A stretch of DNA of 64,000 bases from the IMG/VR virus record IMGVR_UViG_3300027977_000009, one strand, 5' to 3'. The notes under the pieces are model-generated. The model ran no database searches, was not told the origin of the DNA, and saw nothing but the letters and a program-made list of their open reading frames with translations. This DNA is from a virus. The position numbers and the translations under genes are program-made. Positions 48,768-58,123 of this stretch are shown in pieces. How positions within the stretch are numbered: position 1 is the first letter of the stretch; each line of letters starts with the position of its first letter.

Positions 48768-49208
48768 TTATGCCCTTGCAGTCTTTAGGATACTTCTAAG
48801 CATCCATACTTTTTTAGAATATAAGTCTTGTAAATCCGCCATGTAGTTAGCTATCCCTTGCTCTCGGGTTTCAGTAGCAACGTCAAATATAGTTTTCACT
48901 AATTCAACCATATCAGATGAATCACTCAACAATTCTTCAAACATCAAAGCCGCTCGCGGTATTTTATGTTGTTCCCGTACTATACTAAGTTCCAATAGGC
49001 GAGACAGGTTACCTGGAGTATAGGAATCTAGTGAGCGTATATGCTCACCCACCGTGTCGATTGATTCATATACCTCTGAATAGAATGAGCCTAGAAACTC
49101 ATGGTATTGTGGGAAATCACTACCTTCAACATTGAAATGGAAACCGTGTATCTTAGTGTACAAGACAAACGTGCTTCCTAACAATGTTTTTAAGTCATCT
49201 ACTAACAT
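48768..49208 (-). CDS. dps: Dps/ferritin-like DNA protection protein
   Basis: HGFHFNVEGSDFPQYHEF, IDTVGEHIR, KKVWML. Confidence 0.88.
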   Translation of the reverse strand: MLVDDLKTLLGSTFVLYTKIHGFHFNVEGSDFPQYHEFLGSFYSEVYESIDTVGEHIRSLDSYTPGNLSRLLELSIVREQHKIPRAALMFEELLSDSSDMVELVKTIFDVATETREQGIANYMADLQDLYSKKVWMLRSILKTARA

Positions 49209-49243
49209 TACTTTATCCTTATGTAGTATTTATCATTATGGCA

Positions 49244-49324
49244 TAAATATAGATGTAGTTCGCGGATCTAGGCAATCCCAACTACTCTAATGCTATAGAG
49301 GAGCATCAGCTATGTGTATTTATT
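49244..49324 (+). ncRNA. Conserved endonuclease-leader element, copy 3
   Basis: TAAATA; GTAGTT-CGC-GGAT-loop-ATCC-C-AACTAC-TCTAA-TGCT-ATAGAGG-AGCA-TCAGCT-ATG. Confidence 0.75.
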
Positions 49325-49917
49325 GTGGTACTCAGTACCATCGCTTAATTTATGAGAATCATTTTGGACCTATTCCTTTTGATGAAGAGGATAGAAGTTA
49401 CGAAATACACCACATTGACGGTAACCATAATAATAACTCGCTTGAAAACTTACAATGTGTCTCTATTAAAGAGCATTATCAAATCCATTTGAATCAAGGT
49501 GATCTTAAAGCCTGCCTTATAATGTCTAAAAGAATGAGTTTGTCCCCGAAAGAGAAATCTAGGTTAGCTAAGATATCAAACGCCGGGCCACGCAATCCCT
49601 CATTCGGTACTATATGGATAACAGACGGGGCAACTAATAAGAAGATACAACAAGATGATTCTATACCGATTGGTTGGATCAAAGGCCGGTCCTTTAACAC
49701 CGACTTTGCTGACAAATTTACTAAAAGAAGTAAGGTGGGTAAAAATAATCCCAGATATAACCACACACAGTATCATTTTAGAAATACAGGAACAGGTGAA
49801 GAAGTCACCCTTACCCCCGGTGAATTTTCACTTGCGTACGGAATCAACATTAAGAAAGTGCGCTGTCTGTTTCGCAAAAAGTTAGATTCAATTAAAGATT
49901 GGATTATTATTTTCTAA
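49312..49917 (+). CDS. Free-standing HNH homing endonuclease
   Basis: YEIHHIDGNHNNNSLENLQCVSIKEHYQIH; WITDG...GWIKGR. Confidence 0.88.
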   Translation: MCIYCGTQYHRLIYENHFGPIPFDEEDRSYEIHHIDGNHNNNSLENLQCVSIKEHYQIHLNQGDLKACLIMSKRMSLSPKEKSRLAKISNAGPRNPSFGTIWITDGATNKKIQQDDSIPIGWIKGRSFNTDFADKFTKRSKVGKNNPRYNHTQYHFRNTGTGEEVTLTPGEFSLAYGINIKKVRCLFRKKLDSIKDWIIIF

Positions 49918-49919
49918 TA

Positions 49920-50060
49920 TTACTTTTGGTTTAGAAGATCGCTAGCTTTTGTTTTCCAAACATCAGGGAATATGCCATGCACTATTAAAACAATCGCAAT
50001 TTTCCATGCATGACATAGATGCTCAAAATATCCCTTGTTTACTTCTTTTAAGTGTGACAT
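49920..50060 (-). CDS. Small protein (46 aa), DUF6356-like
   Basis: Read manually: HLKEVNKGYFEHL...VHGIFP. Confidence 0.45.
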   Translation of the reverse strand: MSHLKEVNKGYFEHLCHAWKIAIVLIVHGIFPDVWKTKASDLLNQK

Positions 50061-50062
50061 TA

Positions 50063-53000
50063 TTATTTCTTAAATGTCTTCAGTTGCAACATGTAGTGCT
50101 TGCCAGTCGCTCCCCTTTTCCAGGAATCAACAAGCTCATATTCAGGCAGTCCTCTGTCTAATCGGGCAATGAATGCGTCATATAACTTAACTCTACTAGG
50201 TTCTTCAGCGAAAAAATGTATTTCTATAGGTTCATGCATGATGGTATACTTTTTGACAATATCGATGACGGTGGCAAAGACTCTACGCGCATCACCTGTA
50301 TTTTCGATTCCGGTTTTAGGTTTTCCATTTTTATCATCGATACGAAATGATACCTCAATAGGCTCGCCGTCGGCGGTCAGTGCGGCCTGTGTGTTAGTCA
50401 TACCCAATAGCCTTATAATAGTCTCATATTCAATATTATTAGCAGTCACGAAAGTAGCTATGTAATTATTTCCAATTTGGTAAAAATCATATTTGTATGG
50501 TTTAGAGTCTAGTGATTCATTTGTCATCGCAGTGAGGTGTTCGGGCCCTTTACTCTTGAGACGACCATGCTTTTGTTGATGTGTTCCTGATAACAGTAGA
50601 TCGGTACTTTCTTCTACTGAGTTACTGCCAACCGACATATTAGCAACATCACTTGCTTTGATGTGAACCAATCTTAATGTACCCGTTGCTCTTGCTTCCC
50701 AGTAACCAGTATTATGAATATGCATCATCATGTAGTATAGATACGTAGGATCTAGTACATCAGTAGCAGTGACTTTGATTCCGATATTGTCTGGTGAAAA
50801 GGTTTTAGTTGGTGTGCCAACTGTAGATTCACTACCATTGCGTTGTAGCCAAAAGTCAGCATCAGGGAAATTAGTCTTTACCGTGCATAGGTCCTTGAGT
50901 CTTGCTGATGTTGCTTCGATTAGCTCTTCCTCACCTATATCGATGTACTTGATAGGTCTTTTAGTTAGTGCGGCTGCGATAGCACGATGATTGCCATCAA
51001 CAATATAACCGTTGTCTAGTACAATAATTCTATTTGAAAGATTTGGATCGTTGATGTATTCATCAACAATCTCGTGTTGTTCTTCGCTCAATCTTCCAAA
51101 CAAGTCTTCAATAAACTCTACTCCATACTGCTCGCACAAAAACAAGTCTAGCTTTCTAGGGCCTATTGTTCCTACTTCAAATGGGGTGTCCCAGATACCC
51201 GTGCCGTAATCCCAGATTCTCTCGTCGTTATCTGGCTTGTTATTCTTGTAAATTTGATTTAAGGTGATAGTCTGGTCACTCGTATCTTCATTAGTCATCG
51301 CAATGATTCTACGAGGACCCTTGCTTTTGAACATGCCGTATTCTTCTTCATACGTAGTAGGGCCGCCGACCATTTGTCCTCCATTTGACCCTGCACTTCC
51401 TCCGCCTTGGCCGGTGCTTGCAGTCTCAGATAAAGCATTTCCTGCTCTACCGATTTTCATAAAACGAGTATAATCTGTTTCAGGATCAGCTAGTTCTTTT
51501 TCACCAGTATAATAAGTTTTTTCTAGGGGAAACAGTTCATCAAATTCTTGTAAGTCGTCGGTACTAATCAATACATCATCTACGTTGTTTCTTGCTTGAA
51601 ATGCACAGAGCATACCCTTAGGTATTTTAGTGAGAAATACCGGGCCTGTCTCATTGCAACTTGTATTGATTATTATTCCGGGCTTCTTAAATACTACATC
51701 TTCCGCCTTTTGATGCAGTAAAATTAACTTGCCGTCATCATTTAACGTATCAAGTAATTCTTTGCTACGTGCCAATGATTCTTCGTCTGGTTCAACTAAG
51801 ACAAGCTTATCAAACTGTACGCCGGCTTGTTGTAAGAATATCCCAATATTACCGTACCAGCTACCCAATGCATATATAGTACCTGCATTCTTACCCTTAA
51901 GACCTTTTGCTAACATCTTGCATAACCAAGTCTTACTCTCAACTAAGTCTGGGGTAAAGCTACCCTCTATTGTGTCGGGGCTTGCTTCAACCACAGTGTT
52001 TTCTGTTATTGATCGATAAGGATGATGGACTATCCAACGACGTTCCCCATCACCATTTACCGACTTTGTTACCAGTAACTGACGCACCCATCTACCTAGC
52101 CATACCAAGGCGATGTAGCTGAGCGCGCTGGGCGCCGCTTTTTGTATCTGGGTACCCACTAATAGTGGTATCTGCTCCATGGTAATAGAGTACGGCGAGG
52201 GCGGCTCGTCATCCTCAGAATCAAAAAACGTTCCATCGACTAACTTAGTAAGTTTATATTTCGACAATAATGCAGAAGGGTATTGGTCTAGCACAGATTT
52301 TACGTTGAGAGGGAAAATTTTAGCTTTTTCATTATTATCTAAATCGTTTGCACCTGCTGCTATCATTTCGTCAGCACGAGCTAGTGTAAGCTCGCGTATT
52401 TGCTGTACAACATCGGCTATCGTCTCAACATCTGCAAAATACAGAAGGTTTTTAATTTCAGGTTCATGCTTCTTGAAGAATGGAATCAATTTCGGAAAAC
52501 GTTTATTTAAAAGTACAGGAAGAGGTACTTCAGAATCATCTTCGTCCATGAATTGATTTGTAGGGAAGTGCAATTGATACTTCTCCCCTTCATGTGTCGG
52601 TGTCTTTGGAATAAGAATATACATTTTACCTTGACGATTGTACTGATCAAAATAGTTCTGACCTCTAGTAGCAGCAGTACACCAGCGAGTTCCGCGGCCA
52701 TAACGACATGCGGCTGCGGTGTCTTCCGGGACTATCACAGTTACGGTATCGTCTTCGTATACTTTCGATGCTTTACCTTTTTCTTCTTCTTTTTTGATAT
52801 TTTTTTCGATGTCATCAAACTCATAATTGTCAAACATCATGTTTTCAAATTCGTGATATGTTTTAAAACGATTGATGTCACTATGTTCTGGCTTGATCAT
52901 TCTACGTTTCTTGCCAAGATCATAGATTCCCAACACACCTTGACGATTGATATCCTCAAGATTGAAATTACCATTGGCATACATTCGTGCTAACCACGGG

Positions 53001-53236
53001 GTATAAACTTTATTTGGAGTAGGATCGGAATTTTCAATCGTGCCGAGAATAGTATTGGTCCAAGATCGCAGTTGATCAATTCCCCATCGGGCAATCCCTC
53101 CCCGTAATTTTTGGTGAATTGATATAAGGTTCATTGGAGGTCGGATATCTTTTGCGAGAGCTTGGAGAATTTTATCCCCGACCATCTCAGCAGTTTTAGC
53201 TCTGCTATATTCTATTAAGAATTCACGAAATCTCAT
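50063..53236 (-). CDS. CTS-tagged multidomain polyprotein (PcfJ-like, SAM methyltransferase, ParB-like, HsdS-TRD-like, GNAT-like)
   Basis: Start MRFREFLIE; WCT domain; LGSWYG...VE...INTSC; LDNGYIVDGNHR; RLKDLCTVKTNFPDADFW; domains separated by (I/L/V/T)xE linkers. Confidence 0.7.
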   Translation of the reverse strand: MRFREFLIEYSRAKTAEMVGDKILQALAKDIRPPMNLISIHQKLRGGIARWGIDQLRSWTNTILGTIENSDPTPNKVYTPWLARMYANGNFNLEDINRQGVLGIYDLGKKRRMIKPEHSDINRFKTYHEFENMMFDNYEFDDIEKNIKKEEEKGKASKVYEDDTVTVIVPEDTAAACRYGRGTRWCTAATRGQNYFDQYNRQGKMYILIPKTPTHEGEKYQLHFPTNQFMDEDDSEVPLPVLLNKRFPKLIPFFKKHEPEIKNLLYFADVETIADVVQQIRELTLARADEMIAAGANDLDNNEKAKIFPLNVKSVLDQYPSALLSKYKLTKLVDGTFFDSEDDEPPSPYSITMEQIPLLVGTQIQKAAPSALSYIALVWLGRWVRQLLVTKSVNGDGERRWIVHHPYRSITENTVVEASPDTIEGSFTPDLVESKTWLCKMLAKGLKGKNAGTIYALGSWYGNIGIFLQQAGVQFDKLVLVEPDEESLARSKELLDTLNDDGKLILLHQKAEDVVFKKPGIIINTSCNETGPVFLTKIPKGMLCAFQARNNVDDVLISTDDLQEFDELFPLEKTYYTGEKELADPETDYTRFMKIGRAGNALSETASTGQGGGSAGSNGGQMVGGPTTYEEEYGMFKSKGPRRIIAMTNEDTSDQTITLNQIYKNNKPDNDERIWDYGTGIWDTPFEVGTIGPRKLDLFLCEQYGVEFIEDLFGRLSEEQHEIVDEYINDPNLSNRIIVLDNGYIVDGNHRAIAAALTKRPIKYIDIGEEELIEATSARLKDLCTVKTNFPDADFWLQRNGSESTVGTPTKTFSPDNIGIKVTATDVLDPTYLYYMMMHIHNTGYWEARATGTLRLVHIKASDVANMSVGSNSVEESTDLLLSGTHQQKHGRLKSKGPEHLTAMTNESLDSKPYKYDFYQIGNNYIATFVTANNIEYETIIRLLGMTNTQAALTADGEPIEVSFRIDDKNGKPKTGIENTGDARRVFATVIDIVKKYTIMHEPIEIHFFAEEPSRVKLYDAFIARLDRGLPEYELVDSWKRGATGKHYMLQLKTFKK

Positions 53237-54540
53237 CTTGGTTTTGGTACCGACACCGACGCAGCCGTCCAAGTACTACCGTCTCTTTTCATGAAGATGT
53301 TTCTATTAACAAAGTCCGCCAGGGCCAAGCTGGCGGCTGAGGTTCCGGGCCGCCTTTCCTTCTCTATGTTTGCAGCAATGACATAAGTTAGGTCAGCAAT
53401 AGAAGGCAACTGATGAAAATCTTCAGGATCTACCAAACTGTGCAATTGACTCTTTAAATATTCTGCTGAGGGACGAGTTGCTTGTTGCATGTCAATGCTA
53501 AATCTGCGAGCCTCGTCACTCCACCTTATATAATCGTCGCCGGCGTTATGAACTTTATCCCAGTCAATCTCACCGTCATCGTCACCATATTCTTTTTGCA
53601 TTGCTTGGTAGTAATAATCGTCATTCTGTTCCCAGTCAGATATTATTTCCCACATATGATCTTGGGCAATATCTGCAATCTGATCAATATACTTTTGTAA
53701 CACTTCATCAGGCATGAATAACATACTATTTTTAAGCTCGGGTTCATTCTCATAAAAGAATTCAAGTAATTCTGGAAATCTTTTAGTCAATAAATTAACT
53801 ACATCTACGTCGCTGTCTTTCTCGTCCATGAATTGAGCCGAAGGAAAATGAAGTTGGTATTTCTCTTTAGCATACTTTGGATTCTTTGGAATAAGAATAT
53901 ACAGTTTACCCTGACGATTGTAATGATTAAAGTAGTTCTCTCCTTTAGTAGCAGCAGTGCACCAGTGTGTCTCGGCGCCGTATCGGCAAGCAGCGGCTTC
54001 ATCGTGCGGGACAACTACAAGAACATCACCGTTTTCAAATACTTTAGATGCTTGACCTTTTTCTTGTACTTTTTTCTCAGTGTTATCTATGGCATCCAGA
54101 TCATAGCCCACACGCATTGTTCCTTCAAAGTCTTCATAAGACTTGAAAACGTTGATATCATTGTGTTCCGGTCTGATCATACGTCTTCTTTTACCAAGAT
54201 CATAGATTCCCAATATATTTCCCCGATTCAAGTCTTCTAAATTGACACCGCCGTTGACATACATTCTTGCTAACCAAGGTGTATATTGTTTATTTGTAGT
54301 AGGATCTTTTGTTTCGATGACGCTCAGCAAGTCTTCTAGAAATCTCGCTCTGACCGCAGGGTCTTTGATGAGGAGGCCAGCCTTTTCTCGGTTAACTTCT
54401 CTAAAACTACTTCTCACCTGATCAAGCGGACCCACATTACCTCGATCAGCCATTACAGCTTTTTCAGCTTTCTCGCTTCCAGAGATTATCTGAGCAGTTT
54501 TCTTACGATCATACTCAAGTAGGAATTCACGGGCCCTCAT
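53233..54540 (-). CDS. CTS-tagged PcfJ-like (WCT) domain protein
   Basis: MRAREFLLE; high identity to N-terminus of 50063-53236. Confidence 0.7.
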   Translation of the reverse strand: MRAREFLLEYDRKKTAQIISGSEKAEKAVMADRGNVGPLDQVRSSFREVNREKAGLLIKDPAVRARFLEDLLSVIETKDPTTNKQYTPWLARMYVNGGVNLEDLNRGNILGIYDLGKRRRMIRPEHNDINVFKSYEDFEGTMRVGYDLDAIDNTEKKVQEKGQASKVFENGDVLVVVPHDEAAACRYGAETHWCTAATKGENYFNHYNRQGKLYILIPKNPKYAKEKYQLHFPSAQFMDEKDSDVDVVNLLTKRFPELLEFFYENEPELKNSMLFMPDEVLQKYIDQIADIAQDHMWEIISDWEQNDDYYYQAMQKEYGDDDGEIDWDKVHNAGDDYIRWSDEARRFSIDMQQATRPSAEYLKSQLHSLVDPEDFHQLPSIADLTYVIAANIEKERRPGTSAASLALADFVNRNIFMKRDGSTWTAASVSVPKPR

Positions 54541-54545
54541 AACTG

Positions 54546-56123
54546 TTACTTAGTCAAGCCCTTCATGATAGAACTCTCTTTTTTCATACGAGTGCCGGCA
54601 CTCTTTGGTGTGAACTTACGATATGATTGTCCGGCGTTCCCGCCTTGCCCCATGCCACCTGCGAATGCAGTGTCTTCTTCTATCTCGCCGGCTGATTTGG
54701 GACGATACGTTCTTCTTCCACCCGGCTGAACTCCCACTGGACCTGATGTATCCGGCATCTCAGTTAGAACTTTCTTCCAGAAACGATTAACACTTTCGGG
54801 TAATGCCGGATGATTTTTGTCATACATTTTTTCAGTATCTTTTTCCATTCCTTGTTTCATTACTCGTAATACCGCTTTCTCATTTCCCTGCATCTGGCGA
54901 AGTGCCTGTAAAGTAAGAATTGGATCAAGTGGAATGGGTGAGTCAAATCGAATATATTTGTATAGCTTCGGTGCTACTCTTTTTAATGTTGCATAAGCGT
55001 CATCATGTTCCGGTGTGATGAATCCACCTGTTTGATTAGCAGTTGTCTGTGTATCACTTATTTCGCTGATTGTCCCGTTAAACTGACGATCTCTCGAACA
55101 CCCATCCGTATTAATCTTTATAACCTGCTCTGTCGCGAGTTTTCTATTATAGTCTTCTTGTACGTGTGGTCTAACTCGATCATATACGGCATCAAACAGT
55201 TTATCGGGATCAACACCTGCGTTTTTTGCTTCGGCTTCAATTGCATCGAGAATCATAGAATTGCTAGGGTTTGGACCTATATAATCAACTATATATTGAA
55301 CTAACTGGTCAAACGTCATACGGTTGTGCCATTTTTCTGAGGCTTCTCGCAGTTCTTTCTTGATCTTGTAGGTTTTGTTTGGATGCTTTTTCTTCATCAG
55401 GTTGACACTGTTTTCCGCATCTTTGGGATCAACATACTTGACAGTTGGCTTGCCATTGGCATAGATCACTGAAACTAACTCACTTTCAGATAGCATGATG
55501 CCCTGCAATATGGCGCTTTCATTATTTTTGCTCTTATTTCCCCAGTTCTTTGCGCCCTTCTTGCGGCACTGTACTAAAGCACCACTGGCATAAGCACTTG
55601 GCCATACTTTGTATCGTGCTTTAACTTTATGATAGCAAGCATCCTGCTTTTCATTAATCATTGATTCATGCACAATAGGTCCACGACAGTTTGGGCATTC
55701 GTTGAATGGAATATCTTGATTCATCATGTCTTCGTTCTTTTTCTTTCCGGCACAATGTGCTTTTTGACTAAAGCCTTTTGGATTAGAGCAATTGATACTA
55801 TCTTTGTATGATTGACTCCACTTTTCGTTTAATTGAGTATCTTCGTTTGTCTTTTTCTTAGTAGCTACATTTTTAGCCTGGCCTCGACGTTCTGGGTTTG
55901 GGTCTTCTCTGCGCTTCTTACTAGCAGCATACTTGCGACCCTTCTTACCTAAATTCTGTGCTTTCTTCTGCGGGAGGCACTTCGGCTTACCTTCACTATC
56001 ACTGCCTCTTGCACAAGCTCCGCGAATCTTGCCATCAGGACCAAAACGAACCCACTTCTCTTTGAACCACTTACGTAGATTCTCGTCAAGCTGTTCAATG
56101 TCACCGAATTCGTCACTAGTCAT
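54546..56123 (-). CDS. Polyprotein of short domains separated by LxE/IxE sites
   Basis: LDE-NLRKWFKEKW, LNE-KWS...CSNPKGFSQKAHC, INE-KQDACYHKVK...WPSAYASG, LSE, LRE, LTE, IEE. Confidence 0.65.
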   Translation of the reverse strand: MTSDEFGDIEQLDENLRKWFKEKWVRFGPDGKIRGACARGSDSEGKPKCLPQKKAQNLGKKGRKYAASKKRREDPNPERRGQAKNVATKKKTNEDTQLNEKWSQSYKDSINCSNPKGFSQKAHCAGKKKNEDMMNQDIPFNECPNCRGPIVHESMINEKQDACYHKVKARYKVWPSAYASGALVQCRKKGAKNWGNKSKNNESAILQGIMLSESELVSVIYANGKPTVKYVDPKDAENSVNLMKKKHPNKTYKIKKELREASEKWHNRMTFDQLVQYIVDYIGPNPSNSMILDAIEAEAKNAGVDPDKLFDAVYDRVRPHVQEDYNRKLATEQVIKINTDGCSRDRQFNGTISEISDTQTTANQTGGFITPEHDDAYATLKRVAPKLYKYIRFDSPIPLDPILTLQALRQMQGNEKAVLRVMKQGMEKDTEKMYDKNHPALPESVNRFWKKVLTEMPDTSGPVGVQPGGRRTYRPKSAGEIEEDTAFAGGMGQGGNAGQSYRKFTPKSAGTRMKKESSIMKGLTK

Positions 56124-56552
56124 TTAGTCGGCCTTCTTATTCTTGTCTTTTTCAGTGATTGGGCCGCCGGTTACCCATGCTTTGCAACTACGACTACCTG
56201 CACACTTGAAGTGTAAGAAGTTGCAATATCCCAAATCACTTAAATTGATAGTAGCATTAGGATCAATATTATCTTCATCGCCTTTGATACCACTTGCTAT
56301 ACAGTCACGCATACTATCACTGACATCAAATGCTGCACAATTTCCGCACATCATTGACTTAGCTGTGGGTTCGTCTACTTTAAATACTTTACTCAAGTCT
56401 TTCCAGTAGGAGCCGGGCTTATTTGGATTAGCTGGCCCGTACAAGTATTCATCAATCGCAACTTGACGATTCTTAAGATTTAAATCGATATCATGGGTGG
56501 CACGGGGGCAACCTTTCTCAACTGCTTCTAGTAGGTTGATTATGTCACGCAC
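56124..56552 (-). CDS. CTS-tagged Cys-rich protein (HiPIP-like Cys spacing)
   Basis: MRDIINLLE; CGNCAAF...GYCNF..FKC....SCKAW. Confidence 0.6.
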   Translation of the reverse strand: MRDIINLLEAVEKGCPRATHDIDLNLKNRQVAIDEYLYGPANPNKPGSYWKDLSKVFKVDEPTAKSMMCGNCAAFDVSDSMRDCIASGIKGDEDNIDPNATINLSDLGYCNFLHFKCAGSRSCKAWVTGGPITEKDKNKKAD

Positions 56553-56687
56553 TTATCCTGCCCCTCTGCTAACAATCATGCTTTTACGAATAGAACTCAT
56601 GATTACCTTCCACTATTATTATTTGCCACTGCGGACTCACACCGAACCCACTTCTCTTTGAACCACTAGTGGCTGCTCATGTGACTA

Positions 56688-57980
56688 CTAGCCTTTTTTG
56701 TTCTTGTTAGCTAACATGCCACGTTTGTTAGCAGTCGCCCAAGCAATATTCTCAGCTTCTTTCTTTGACTTGCCTGTTTTTTCTTCAGATTTCTTGATGT
56801 GCTTTACCATTCGGTCAACTTTAGCACCTTCCTCTATATTAGTTCCGGTTAGTTGAGGTTTTTCACGAAGTTTCTTCATTACTTGCGTTTTGTAGTGCGG
56901 AACTTCTCTCTTTGATAACCCCGTAACAGCTGGTTTGCCATCAACTAGAACAGCCCAACTATGTTCATCGTTTCCGCCCCATTTCTTAACCGTGATTCTT
57001 TTTTCGATAGGGTCTGCTGCCTCGCCAACACCGCCACCGGCGATAACACCGCCGGTCATCTCACGAACTTGTTTACCCTCAAGATACTGACGAACTGAGT
57101 TTAGATAATCTGCTGCTTTAGTGATCTTAGCCTGTACCCAGCCTTCGAGTCCTTGATCTTCAGACACACCTTGAAGCATCTCAAATGTCTGCTTAGCATT
57201 CTTTGCTGCTTGGAATAAGTCACTGCGAGCCATCTCGACTTCATGATCTCTACGATCTTGATCGTGAGGAATAAATCCGCTCTTTAATCTATGCCCTTGT
57301 CCTGGCACGATGATCAATTCATCTTCATCTAGGTGTGCTTCCTTGATGCCTTTAGCGTCCGGTGATAGTTTCCCATTAAACATTTTTCTCACTGAATCCT
57401 TAGTAAATCTGCCCTTAGAATCTAACTCAGCATCAAACTCATCTTTACTTTTCTTAGTTTTCGCACTTTCAAACATATTTCCTGTTCGATCTCTGGCTGA
57501 GCCCTGCAGGCGCCAGTCTGACCGAATCCACTTTTCGGCGTCGTTGAAGCCAGACCTAGTATTACTGAATTGCCTAACTTTGCCGGTTGGTAAAAACTTA
57601 ACTTTAATATGGGACTGCCTGCCTGTACTAGGATGTTCAAAACCCGTATATGTGGCTACAACATCTCCATTGTGTATGTACTTACCTGTATTTACTGTTC
57701 CAGACCAGTGTGAAGTATCACCACTACCATACTCGTGAGTCCATTCTTCTGACACACTTTTCTTACCTTGACTCATTCTGGGTAAAGCAGCCGGCGATTC
57801 TGAAATAGAGTCGGCAAGCTTTTTATTAGGCTCTTTACCAGTGAATAAGCTACCTGCTTTTTGATTAGGATAGACGCCTTGTCCAACGTTAGACCGTTTC
57901 AGTACCTTGACAATCATTGGCTGTGCTACAGTTGCGACCGAGCCGGCTGTTGTACTTTCGTAGATATCGTTAATTTTCAT
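56688..57980 (-). CDS. CTS-tagged polyprotein of short domains
   Basis: MKINDIYE; ISE, VSEE, MFE, IKE, VRE, VGE, IEE linkers; LEGWVQAKITKAADYL; IAWATANK. Confidence 0.65.
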   Translation of the reverse strand: MKINDIYESTTAGSVATVAQPMIVKVLKRSNVGQGVYPNQKAGSLFTGKEPNKKLADSISESPAALPRMSQGKKSVSEEWTHEYGSGDTSHWSGTVNTGKYIHNGDVVATYTGFEHPSTGRQSHIKVKFLPTGKVRQFSNTRSGFNDAEKWIRSDWRLQGSARDRTGNMFESAKTKKSKDEFDAELDSKGRFTKDSVRKMFNGKLSPDAKGIKEAHLDEDELIIVPGQGHRLKSGFIPHDQDRRDHEVEMARSDLFQAAKNAKQTFEMLQGVSEDQGLEGWVQAKITKAADYLNSVRQYLEGKQVREMTGGVIAGGGVGEAADPIEKRITVKKWGGNDEHSWAVLVDGKPAVTGLSKREVPHYKTQVMKKLREKPQLTGTNIEEGAKVDRMVKHIKKSEEKTGKSKKEAENIAWATANKRGMLANKNKKG

Positions 57981-58081
57981 TGATAAAATCCATCGTTATA
58001 GAGTATATAGAGTATTTATCACTAGTTGCTTCGATTTACGATTGTCCATCCACGACATTGATTGTACCGAAATAGCCAAAA

Positions 58082-58110
58082 AGGTAGGGAAGATTAAATC
58101 TTCCCTACCT
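58082..58110. terminator. Hairpin terminator
   Basis: AGGTAGGGAAGAT-TAA-ATCTTCCCTACCT with T-run on - strand. Confidence 0.7.
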
Positions 58111-58123
58111 GTATTATAGAAAC

